This document shows, one piece after another, positions 8,927 to 17,716 of a stretch of 28,124 nt of DNA. The position numbers were made by a program, and so were the translations under genes. The stretch's first letter is position 1. Each line of letters starts with the position of its first letter. Origin of the DNA: a virus (Duplodnaviria > Caudoviricetes); IMG/VR virus record IMGVR_UViG_3300009164_000283, positions 1-28,124 of that record. One strand, written 5' to 3'. The notes below the pieces were generated by a model. The model was not told the origin of the DNA. It was given only the letters and a program-made list of their open reading frames with translations, and did not search any database.

Positions 8927-10705
8927 ATGACAAAGTTTAAGGTCAACATTGACCTGTCTAGGGATAGTTTGTTTGATGAATTAGGTATCCAGAGACTCCG
9001 AGAAAGTTATATGAAAGAGGAAGAAGTTAGTCCTCAAGAAAGATTTGCTTATGTATCAGAATCATTTGCTTCAAACCAAGAACATGCTCAAAGACTATAT
9101 GACTACAGCAGCAAGCACTGGCTTAGTTACTCTACGCCTATTTTATCTTTTGGTCGCTCTAAGCGTGGACTCCCTATTAGCTGCTTCCTTAATTATATGG
9201 ATGACAGTGCAGAAGGATTGGTTGATAACCTATCAGAAACTAACTGGTTATCCATGTATGGTGGTGGTGTCGGTGTGCATGTGGGTATCCGCAATAGTGA
9301 TGACAAGTCTACTGGTGTTATGCCCCACCTTAAGATCTACGATGCTAGCTCATTGGCCTACCGTCAAGGACGTACAAGACGGGGCAGCTATGCTGCCTAT
9401 CTAGACATTCACCACCCAGACATCATCCAGTTCTTGGAGATGCGTAAGCCTACTGGTGATCAGAATGTACGCACATTAAATCTGCATCATGGCATCAACA
9501 TCACTGATGAATTTATGACCATCATTGAGAATTCCATGAAAGATCCAGACTTTGATGATAGTTTTTCATTAAGAAACCCAGCTACTAAAGAGGTTGTTGA
9601 GACAGTGTCTGCTAAGTATTTGTGGCAGAAAATACTGGACCTTCGTATGCAAACTGGTGAGCCATACTTAGTCTTCATTGATACAGCTAATAAGGCTTTG
9701 CCTGTATGGTTGAAAGATAAGGGATTAAAAATTAATGGTAGCAATTTGTGTACAGAAATCTTCTTGCCAACAAATGAAAAGCGAACAGCAGTTTGTTGTC
9801 TGTCTTCTCTCAACTTAGAATACTATGATGAGTGGAAGAATGATAACCAGTTCATTCTAGATGTTATGGAAATGCTAGATAATGTGTTGCAATATTTTAT
9901 TGATAAAGCACCACCAACAATTGCTAGAGCTAAATACAGTGCATTAATGGAACGTAGCATTGGCGTAGGTGCGCTAGGCTTCCATGCTTTTTTACAAAAG
10001 AAAGGTATAGCTATCGATGGAGTGATGGCTAAAAGTTATAACAATGAAATATTTAAGCATATACATGCTTCGTGTTTACGGGCTGATGCTGTCTTGGATA
10101 GGCAGCGTGGGAGTTGCATCGATGCTGGTCACCATAATGTTAGTAGAAGGTTTAGTCATCACACTGCTATTGCTCCTAATGCCAGTAGCAGCCTTATCAT
10201 GGGCAATACTAGCCCTTCAGTTGAGCCGTACAGAGCGAATGTATTTAGACAAGATACACTTAGTGGAGCGTTCGTCTATAAGAATAGGTTCTTGAAAGAA
10301 AAGCTTGCTGAGTTGGACATGGATGATGATGACACATGGGCATCCATCATCAGCAATGAAGGATCTGTACAGCACCTAGATATTCCTGAGCAATTGAAGG
10401 AAGTGTTTAAGACTGCTATGGAAATTGATCAGCGTTGGTTGGTTGAACTTGCAGCAGATCGTCAGAAATATATTGATCAAGGGCAGAGCATTAACCTATT
10501 CTTTCCTGCTAATGTATCCATTAAATATCTGCATGCCATTCACTTCCTTGCTTGGAAGAGTGGGCTAAAAAGCTTATACTATCTTCGCTCAGAGAAGGTA
10601 AGAAAAGCAGATAAGGTGGGCGCTCAAATCAAACGTCAAAAGATTGAAGATGATATTGATTTGAAGCAGGTAGCAGAGGGCGAAACTTGTTTGGCCTGTG
10701 AGTAA
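8927..10705 (+). CDS. nrdA: Ribonucleotide reductase class Ia alpha subunit (no ATP cone)
   Basis: STPIL, ISCF, GGGVG, GEPY, GSNLCTEI (radical Cys), CCLSSLNL, AIAPNASSS, DQGQS, LKSLYY and C-terminal CLACE redox pair. Confidence 0.96.
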   Translation: MTKFKVNIDLSRDSLFDELGIQRLRESYMKEEEVSPQERFAYVSESFASNQEHAQRLYDYSSKHWLSYSTPILSFGRSKRGLPISCFLNYMDDSAEGLVDNLSETNWLSMYGGGVGVHVGIRNSDDKSTGVMPHLKIYDASSLAYRQGRTRRGSYAAYLDIHHPDIIQFLEMRKPTGDQNVRTLNLHHGINITDEFMTIIENSMKDPDFDDSFSLRNPATKEVVETVSAKYLWQKILDLRMQTGEPYLVFIDTANKALPVWLKDKGLKINGSNLCTEIFLPTNEKRTAVCCLSSLNLEYYDEWKNDNQFILDVMEMLDNVLQYFIDKAPPTIARAKYSALMERSIGVGALGFHAFLQKKGIAIDGVMAKSYNNEIFKHIHASCLRADAVLDRQRGSCIDAGHHNVSRRFSHHTAIAPNASSSLIMGNTSPSVEPYRANVFRQDTLSGAFVYKNRFLKEKLAELDMDDDDTWASIISNEGSVQHLDIPEQLKEVFKTAMEIDQRWLVELAADRQKYIDQGQSINLFFPANVSIKYLHAIHFLAWKSGLKSLYYLRSEKVRKADKVGAQIKRQKIEDDIDLKQVAEGETCLACE

Positions 10706-10787
10706 AAAGCTTTTATATTGGGGAATGCGGGTGGTCGAAATGGTCACTTGCATTCACATCATTGCAAACACTTGGAGACATTGGTAA
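10698..10787 (+). CDS. Putative 29-aa micro-ORF between nrdA and nrdB (MSKKLLYWGMRVVEMVTCIHIIANTWRHW)
   Basis: GTG start overlaps the nrdA stop and its TAA overlaps the nrdB ATG (TAATG). It occupies the whole gap. Alternative start is ATG 10725. Confidence 0.55.
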   Translation: MSKKLLYWGMRVVEMVTCIHIIANTWRHW

Positions 10788-11746
10788 TGGTAAAGACTAA
10801 AGAAGATATTACGCAAGAGCGCACAACATTTAAACCCTTTAAATATCCTTGGGCATATGATGCTTGGCTGCAGCATGAGCAAAGTCATTGGCTTCATACA
10901 GAAGTTTCTATGTCTGAGGATGTTAAAGACTATAAGAAGCTAAGTAAAGAAGAGCAAGAGTTTTTAACAAAGATATTACGCTTCTTTGTACAGGGTGACT
11001 TAGACATTGGCAGTGGTTATCATGACCATTACATTCCAATATTTAAACAGCCGGAAGTAAGAATGATGATGAGTGGTTTTGCAAGCAGGGAAGCCCTGCA
11101 TGTAGCCGCCTATGCTCACCTCATTGAAACATTAGGCTTACCTGAGTCTACATACAATGAGTTTCTCCAATATAAAGAAATGGTGGAGAAGCACGACTAC
11201 ATTAACAACTTGAATGAAGCACCAATGGCTGAGAAGATTGCTGCCATCTCTGCTTTTGGTGAAGGTATGCAGCTATTTTCTAGCTTTGTTATGTTGTTAA
11301 ACTTTGCAAGGAATGGTAAACTTAAAGGGTTGGGCCAAATCATTGCTTGGTCTATTGTGGACGAAACTCAGCATGCTGAAGGCATGATTAAGGTGTATCG
11401 TGAATATGTTAAACATCACAAAGATGAGACAACTTCGGATCGTATTAAGGAAATTGCAGATCAAATGGTTGGTCTTGAAGATCAATTTGTGGATCTGGCA
11501 TTTAGCATGGTTGAAGTCGAGAAGCTCACGAAAGAAGAAGTGAAACAGTATATACGATATATTGCAGATCGTAGACTCATCTCTATGGGGATGAAGGGAA
11601 TCTATAAGATTAAGAAGAATCCTCTGCCGTGGGTAGATGGTATGCTTGGTGTTAGTCACACTAACTTCTTTGAACAACGTGTAACAGACTACAGCAAGGG
11701 CGCTCAAACAGGTACATGGGATGATGTATGGGGGAAAGCAGCATGA
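10787..11746 (+). CDS. nrdB: Ribonucleotide reductase class Ia beta subunit
   Basis: PFKYPWA, HW..E, metal ligands D (QGDL), EALH with radical Tyr (EALHVAAY), EGMQLFSSF, DETQH, and NFFEQRVTDY. Start placed at ATG 10787 (GGAG RBS). Confidence 0.95.
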   Translation: MVKTKEDITQERTTFKPFKYPWAYDAWLQHEQSHWLHTEVSMSEDVKDYKKLSKEEQEFLTKILRFFVQGDLDIGSGYHDHYIPIFKQPEVRMMMSGFASREALHVAAYAHLIETLGLPESTYNEFLQYKEMVEKHDYINNLNEAPMAEKIAAISAFGEGMQLFSSFVMLLNFARNGKLKGLGQIIAWSIVDETQHAEGMIKVYREYVKHHKDETTSDRIKEIADQMVGLEDQFVDLAFSMVEVEKLTKEEVKQYIRYIADRRLISMGMKGIYKIKKNPLPWVDGMLGVSHTNFFEQRVTDYSKGAQTGTWDDVWGKAA

Positions 11747-11937
11747 TAGTTGTAGAATTTAGACAAGGCATTGGGCTTGATATTGAATATAATGAGAACA
11801 TATGCCACATCATTGACGATGGTGGACCTTATGATAAACTATTTTCCTATTGCGGTATATTAATTAAACTTCCCTTCATTAGTATTTACATGGGTGAGTT
11901 TGATGAGATAGGAAAGATGGTTAGAACTAATGATTGA
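11743..11937 (+). CDS. Hypothetical protein (MIVVEFRQGIGLDIEY...)
   Basis: ATGA overlap with the nrdB stop; GGGG RBS. Confidence 0.7.
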   Translation: MIVVEFRQGIGLDIEYNENICHIIDDGGPYDKLFSYCGILIKLPFISIYMGEFDEIGKMVRTND

Positions 11938-12406
11938 AATTGTTGTAACACCCACTATGCTTGTAGAAGCTAGAGATAAAGCTGTAGAGATGGGAAGACT
12001 TCACAACTCCATTATGAATGGGGCTGGTAATATTGCTGGATTTATTGGTGAAGCTATAGCTCAGCAAGTGTTGGGCGGTAAACTAGATAACACCTATGAC
12101 TATGACTTAGTTTTAGACAGCGGTAAAACAGTGGATGTTAAGACCAAGCAGACTAGTGTTAAACCCTTGGATACATATGACTGTTCCATTGCTGCCCTGA
12201 ATACAAAGCAAAAGTGTGACTACTATTGCTTTGTTAGGGTGAAGAACAACTTCTCTGTTGGTTGGTATTTAGGAGTGTATGACAAGCAGCAATATATGGA
12301 AGATGCTGTGTTCATGAAGAAGGGACAAGTAGATGATAGCAATGGATACACAGTGAAGAGTGACTGCTATAATCTAAAGATTTCTATGTTGAAAGAGAAA
12401 CCATGA
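11930..12406 (+). CDS. Putative PD-(D/E)xK nuclease-fold protein
   Basis: GFIGE...YDYDLV....TVDVKTK...DYYCFV matches the E...D...(D/E)-x-K restriction-endonuclease-like layout. Confidence 0.6.
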   Translation: MIEIVVTPTMLVEARDKAVEMGRLHNSIMNGAGNIAGFIGEAIAQQVLGGKLDNTYDYDLVLDSGKTVDVKTKQTSVKPLDTYDCSIAALNTKQKCDYYCFVRVKNNFSVGWYLGVYDKQQYMEDAVFMKKGQVDDSNGYTVKSDCYNLKISMLKEKP

Positions 12407-12576
12407 ATTATAAACCAGAGCGTTCTGCTCCACTACGCATTCAATTTGAACAGGGCTATAAAGCCTTTAGACATGGGTGGATTGTAAATCAATATGATCC
12501 AGTGTCAGTGGCTGGTAAAGAATGGCAGCGGGGCTTTGACAGGGCTTACTTTGATAACATGGAAAGATATCTCTAA
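12403..12576 (+). CDS. 57-aa protein with ribosome modulation factor (RMF)-like pattern, not in the supplied track
   Basis: MNYKPERSAPLRIQFEQGYKAFRHGWIVNQYDPVSVAGKEWQRGFDRAYFDNMERYL. ATGA overlap. The F..GY.A...G...Y...W..G[FW]..A spacing resembles RMF. Confidence 0.6.
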   Translation: MNYKPERSAPLRIQFEQGYKAFRHGWIVNQYDPVSVAGKEWQRGFDRAYFDNMERYL

Positions 12577-12587
12577 CATTTAAAATG

Positions 12588-15500
12588 TTAGTTTCTACGG
12601 CTAGCTAAGCCTCCCTTAGCTAAGCCGATCTTTTTCTTAGTTTCTTTATCTCTGTAGGTTCCACCTACCAAGTCTCTAATAGCATCTACTGCTTTAGTTT
12701 CTTCTTTAACAGCAGTAGACATTTCAGTATTAGTAGTAGCAGAACCAATATCGTTCTTTTGTAGTAACTTAAACTGTTGCTGTAAAACTTTTAGTGCCTC
12801 AGCTTTGTCTTTGCTTCCTACTTTTTCCAAAGTGGAAACAACCTCAGGTATAAAATTAGTTAAATCAAAACTTCTTACAAGATTGGACCTAGCAATTCTG
12901 TTAAGTCTGGAAGCTGTTGATTGATTACTAGTTATAATAGCTTTCAATCCTGCTTCACTTGCAGCTTTACCACCAGTTTCTCTAAACTCATTTCTAATTA
13001 GGCCACGAATAAGACGATAGGCTTTTAAGGCTTGTACTTCTTCACTACCTAAACCACCCTCTTTAATAGGCTTCAAAGATTCTGGAGATAAGAAACTTCT
13101 CTTAAGCTCTTGAAGTCTATCCAAAGAGTTATTAAAGATATTTTCTTGTTGTATATATAAAGGAGTTTTCTTCTCTGTCTCATATATGTTTCTAGAGATA
13201 GCAAGCTTTTCACTTTCTGTGAAAGCATCCTCAGACTCACGCATACCAATAGATCGTGGAAGTCCTAATGGACGAGCCACTGTAGGAGAACCAGTGATAG
13301 ATCTTGCAATGATGTTCATATCACCCATATCCTCTATTCCTACTTTCTTCTTATATTGATCTCTAGACATGTTGATTCGTCTAAATTCATAATCAGCATA
13401 TGGAATAGATGTTTGAACAATGTTCTCAGGATTTGTTCCACCGAAGCTTGAGTTGGCATAGTTGAAACGAGCATCAGAAGTAAAAGAAGTTGCTCCCACA
13501 TTTAACTCTTGCTGTCTAGCTTGCTCAGCAGGGAGAGTCTGGGGGTCAAAGAAACCTTTAGTTGCTCTCTCTTCTGCGTTATATGGTGTACCATGATAGA
13601 GCACCTTAGGAGGCCTGTCTTTATATTTCTCCCTGAGATTGTTCAGTTTCTCTTGTAAAGGCATAGAGAAAGAAACAAAATCTTCTACGGCTTTTGGATC
13701 ATTAACATCCACTTCTTTACCTTTAGCTGCTCTGTATTCACCCTGAGCTACAGCAATAACATCATCCTCAATCTTCCCTGCCACATTAGGCATCTCAATC
13801 AGCTTATCAAAAGAATCTGTCCTCATTTGCTTAATGGCAGTTAATGTATTCTGTCTAACTTCAAAATCTGAAATGATGTCTGAATCTCTGCTGAAGCCAT
13901 ATTTAGCTTTATTTAAATCAGACTCAGCTATGCCTTTCATATAAGGAGACATAGGAGCAGCAGCCTCCATAGGAAGCTCTGTCTTAATCTCTGGAACCAC
14001 TTCTGCTTCCACCTTAGGTGGCGGTGTGAATGTAGATTCAGCTTCTGTTACTAGCTTCTCCATCTCAACATCAACTGGCTTAGGCTCAGACACAGCAGGA
14101 CCATACTTGTTCTTAACATATGGTGTTTTAGCTAATGCTGTAGCTGCACTTTCTTTAACTGCAGCAACTTCTGGTTTAGCAAGTGCCTTAGCAGTTTGTT
14201 CAATAGCAGGAGCTATAGAATATTTAGCTACGAGTTCACTAGCAGATGAGACTCCCTTTTTAAGTCCAGCCTCTATTGTTTCCCCAACAATCTTTTTAGC
14301 TAGTAAACCACCAAGTGCCATCTTAACTACACCACCATAGGCATAGCCCGGTAAAGCCCTCATAGCTTCAGCATAGGCCAGTGCAGTTGCATAGTCTTTA
14401 GTGGTGGCTAAGTCTTTACCTTGTTGTTGTTTGTATGTCTCAGTGACAACACGCTTAAGCTCAGGAGCTAGTTTAGAATATTGTACTTCGTACAGGCGAG
14501 GCTGCTTACCAACAGCATAAGCTGCTGCTTCATCTTTATTTGTAGCAATTTCTTTAGCTGTATTCTGCGCCCATCCAATCAAATTCTGTAGAGCTACCTT
14601 CTGTAGGTCTTGGCTGCCTTCTGCATAGAAGCTTGTCTTCTTAAGATTATCAAACTGCTCAACAACCAAAGGAGCCATGATCTTACGAGCATCAGCATCT
14701 ACAATCTTATCGCCAGTGCTAGTAAAGATTTTATTGTTAGGTACTTTTAGTCTAACAACTTCTTCTTCAAGAACAGAAGGTACACCCTTAATAGCAATAC
14801 CAGATAACATCTTCAATGGTCCATTGTCATTAAAAGTTGCTGTCTCTCTTAGTGGTGGTTGATAAACTGGAAGCTCTTGTTTCAAGATAGGAGTACGCTT
14901 CATCAACTGTTGTTTAGCTGAAGATAAGAAACCTTCTTCACCTGCTGGAATTTGATAAGCATCTCTAGGCAATGTCTCATTACGATCTATTGCGCCAATA
15001 ATGTCACTTACCTGTTGAATAGGAACAAGTGCTCTACCTAAGTATTCACCAACCCACTCACCAAAGAATGTACTAACTTTGTTTGAGGCTGTGTCTTCAC
15101 CAGTGGCAGCATTGGCCTGTGCTTCAGCAAACTTATCACCAAGCCATGAGTATGTACCTGCTGGTGCTTTGAAGCCTGTCATTGCTTCCAAGAACTCTTT
15201 AGATTTAAATTCGTCTGTTCTACCATTCTCAAACTTAACTAAGTAATCACCAGCGGCAGCAAAAGGCGCCCAAGGAAATAGTGCTCTTATATCTACAAGA
15301 GAACCATCAGGACTTTTCTTTTCATACCATGCTGTATCTTGATTTTCTTTTCTATCTTTATAAGCAGCATACAAAGCAGCAGTGCCTACAGCACCTTTAG
15401 AGAAGTTCTCTAAACCTAAAGTAAGTTGTTTAGTTCCTAAGTCATCGCCTTTAGCTATTTTAGTTAAGCCAGCAGCAATGTCTGTGCTGCCGGATAACAC

Positions 15501-17714
15501 ACCAGTAGGCATGTGCTTATATGTCCAATCCATAGCATTAGCCATGAAGCGAGGAAAAGGAATCACTGTAGATCCAACAGGGCCAAGTTCTTCTACAAAT
15601 TTTACAGCGTGGAACATTGGTCCTTTGGTGGGCATCTTACTGAATGTGCCGCTAAGAGCTTCATTAACAGCATTCTGTAACACATCAAACGGCACTTGCT
15701 TACCTTGATTGATTACATCATACATGTCAATACCTACACGGCTTAGCTGTTTCTCCACTGAGGAAGTGAACATAGCCTTACGGAAGAAAGCGTCCTGTGC
15801 TACGTTAAATGTGTTAGCAATCTGTGCTGCTTTAGACAAATCATTAGGACCAGCTTCACCCGTTGTCTTAACCATCTTTCTATATAAAGCAGGAGTACCA
15901 CCTAATAATTTTTCTGTTACATCTGCAGATAAATCTCTTTGACCTAAGTAGAAAGCAGAGCGAACAGCATCATCATAGACACCCTTCAAACCACCAGTAA
16001 AACTGCCTGTAACTGGCTTACCAGTAGCTAGCTCACCCGCTGTCTTACCAATACGATATAGAGAAGATTCAATGGCTTCTGCTGCTGTACCAAAAGTGAT
16101 GACAGAGATGCCAGAGAATGCATTACGAATAGTAGTAGATAGTTGAGACACCATCAAGGCTTTCAACTCTCTATCAAGACGCATACCAAAGTCTTTGATA
16201 CCAGTGAAAGCTGAAGTGATAGCACTTCTATCACCATACATCTTATTCAATTCAGACGCAGCAGCAGGATCAATGTTCTTTAGTTTATTTTGAAGTCGAG
16301 CAACTACAGACAAGCTTTGTAAAGAACGAGCAGCATCACCTGCTGAAGTTCTAAACATCTTAGCAAACTCATCTGGTGTTACATCAGCAGAGGCTAATGC
16401 TCTTTCAAATACAATGTCATCAAATGTATCTACAGATTCTAGTGTACGCTTAATGGCATCAGACACTTTTTCTGTAGCCTTAGGAGCAAGCTCAGGCATT
16501 TGATCCCAAATGTCTTGAGCAATGAGTGTAACTCTTTTATTAAGATCTGTTCTAACTTCCATCTGTGCTACAGATGTTGGTTTACCTTGAGCATCAAGAA
16601 GCTTACGTCCTTCGTAAATATCATAAGCATCTTCTAATGATTTCTCTGTAGCAGTCTTAGGTGTTATTTCTACTTTAGGTGGCGCTGTCTTAATCTCGCC
16701 TATTGCTGGTTTTTTAGAAGCAAGTACATCATCTAGGCGTAGTGATTTAGTTCCTGTACCTTTAATAAGAGGAAGAACACCTAATACTTCTCCTGCTGCC
16801 CCCAAAGTACCAGCTAATACTACTTCTCCCCCTCTAACACCTTCTTTAAGTCTTTGCTCCAGTGTTTTAATATATTCTTGTTGCTGAACTTTTCCTTCAT
16901 CAGTAAGTGTAGATGGATCAATAGCTTTAGTTTTATTTAGTTCAGCCTGAACAACATTAAGATCTATCTTTTGTCCCATTACATTTTGAGTAGCAGTACC
17001 AACAAAACCAGCAGCAGGAGTAGCAGTAGCTAGAGCAGCTCCCCTAGCAGAAGTAAGTGCTGCTTTAGTTCCCTGTTCTGTTATTACTTTTGTTAGTGGA
17101 GAAGCAACAAGCTTACCAACACCCAGTGTTAAGGCTGTGGTTGGGCTACTAACAAAGCTAGAGATAACATCCATTACAGGACGGAAACCTTTTTGTCCCC
17201 TATTCTTTTCATCAAATACACCAGCAGTGTTCTTAAATAAGTCATAAGCTGCACCAGCTTTTAAGATGTCTTCTTGCTTAGCATTGTTTAAATATTGCAG
17301 TTCTCCTACACTATTCCATTCATTACCAGTGTCTAACATACGCATATGCGTAGCAAAGCGATTGACAAAGTCTTGCTTTGTTTCACCTGCTAGAAGAACA
17401 CCTTCTTTACCAAACCTAGCAGCAGCATAGTCTTGGATGGTTTTAAAATTCTTATCATCTTTCCACAAAGCATCAAAAGGAATCTTCTGTGCTTCTTCTT
17501 CTCTAATCTTTGCTGCTCTTTCTTTAAGAATTTTAGCACTCTGAGGAGGTGTAAGGAAAGCAGGTTTAGTTAAATCTTCTGAAGGCTTCTGTGGTGTAGC
17601 AGCCAACGGCTGTGCTGTGTCTGTAAAGACAATAGACGGTTTGCTTGGTGTATCAGTAAACTTAATTGTGGATGAGGAAGATTGCTCTTCGTCATCTAAA
17701 AATTTGATAGCCAT
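12588..17714 (-). CDS. Large internal virion / DNA ejection protein (1708 aa) with a C-terminal ADP-ribosyltransferase-like domain
   Basis: Last and largest gene of the structural arm, as for podovirus ejection proteins. Contains the IPFPRF.AN segment typical of such proteins. The C-terminal region has LYHGT, SFTSD and RESE motifs. Function is inferred from size and position. Confidence 0.72.
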   Translation of the reverse strand: MAIKFLDDEEQSSSSTIKFTDTPSKPSIVFTDTAQPLAATPQKPSEDLTKPAFLTPPQSAKILKERAAKIREEEAQKIPFDALWKDDKNFKTIQDYAAARFGKEGVLLAGETKQDFVNRFATHMRMLDTGNEWNSVGELQYLNNAKQEDILKAGAAYDLFKNTAGVFDEKNRGQKGFRPVMDVISSFVSSPTTALTLGVGKLVASPLTKVITEQGTKAALTSARGAALATATPAAGFVGTATQNVMGQKIDLNVVQAELNKTKAIDPSTLTDEGKVQQQEYIKTLEQRLKEGVRGGEVVLAGTLGAAGEVLGVLPLIKGTGTKSLRLDDVLASKKPAIGEIKTAPPKVEITPKTATEKSLEDAYDIYEGRKLLDAQGKPTSVAQMEVRTDLNKRVTLIAQDIWDQMPELAPKATEKVSDAIKRTLESVDTFDDIVFERALASADVTPDEFAKMFRTSAGDAARSLQSLSVVARLQNKLKNIDPAAASELNKMYGDRSAITSAFTGIKDFGMRLDRELKALMVSQLSTTIRNAFSGISVITFGTAAEAIESSLYRIGKTAGELATGKPVTGSFTGGLKGVYDDAVRSAFYLGQRDLSADVTEKLLGGTPALYRKMVKTTGEAGPNDLSKAAQIANTFNVAQDAFFRKAMFTSSVEKQLSRVGIDMYDVINQGKQVPFDVLQNAVNEALSGTFSKMPTKGPMFHAVKFVEELGPVGSTVIPFPRFMANAMDWTYKHMPTGVLSGSTDIAAGLTKIAKGDDLGTKQLTLGLENFSKGAVGTAALYAAYKDRKENQDTAWYEKKSPDGSLVDIRALFPWAPFAAAGDYLVKFENGRTDEFKSKEFLEAMTGFKAPAGTYSWLGDKFAEAQANAATGEDTASNKVSTFFGEWVGEYLGRALVPIQQVSDIIGAIDRNETLPRDAYQIPAGEEGFLSSAKQQLMKRTPILKQELPVYQPPLRETATFNDNGPLKMLSGIAIKGVPSVLEEEVVRLKVPNNKIFTSTGDKIVDADARKIMAPLVVEQFDNLKKTSFYAEGSQDLQKVALQNLIGWAQNTAKEIATNKDEAAAYAVGKQPRLYEVQYSKLAPELKRVVTETYKQQQGKDLATTKDYATALAYAEAMRALPGYAYGGVVKMALGGLLAKKIVGETIEAGLKKGVSSASELVAKYSIAPAIEQTAKALAKPEVAAVKESAATALAKTPYVKNKYGPAVSEPKPVDVEMEKLVTEAESTFTPPPKVEAEVVPEIKTELPMEAAAPMSPYMKGIAESDLNKAKYGFSRDSDIISDFEVRQNTLTAIKQMRTDSFDKLIEMPNVAGKIEDDVIAVAQGEYRAAKGKEVDVNDPKAVEDFVSFSMPLQEKLNNLREKYKDRPPKVLYHGTPYNAEERATKGFFDPQTLPAEQARQQELNVGATSFTSDARFNYANSSFGGTNPENIVQTSIPYADYEFRRINMSRDQYKKKVGIEDMGDMNIIARSITGSPTVARPLGLPRSIGMRESEDAFTESEKLAISRNIYETEKKTPLYIQQENIFNNSLDRLQELKRSFLSPESLKPIKEGGLGSEEVQALKAYRLIRGLIRNEFRETGGKAASEAGLKAIITSNQSTASRLNRIARSNLVRSFDLTNFIPEVVSTLEKVGSKDKAEALKVLQQQFKLLQKNDIGSATTNTEMSTAVKEETKAVDAIRDLVGGTYRDKETKKKIGLAKGGLASRRN
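12598..12635 (+). terminator. Probable terminator of the + strand arm, lying antisense within the 3' end of the large virion gene
   Basis: CGGCT-AGCTAAG / CTTAGCTAAGCCG stem (one bulge, CCTCC loop) followed by ATCTTTTT, about 20 nt after the last + strand stop. Confidence 0.5.
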
Positions 17715-17716
17715 TA

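Noticed and set aside
10044-10295. Very hydrophobic 83-aa ORF nested in another frame of nrdA
   Set aside because: It has no RBS. T-ending codons in the main frame create hydrophobic shifted-frame ORFs throughout this window (for example 2861, 5220, 9045), and nrdA motifs are intact here.
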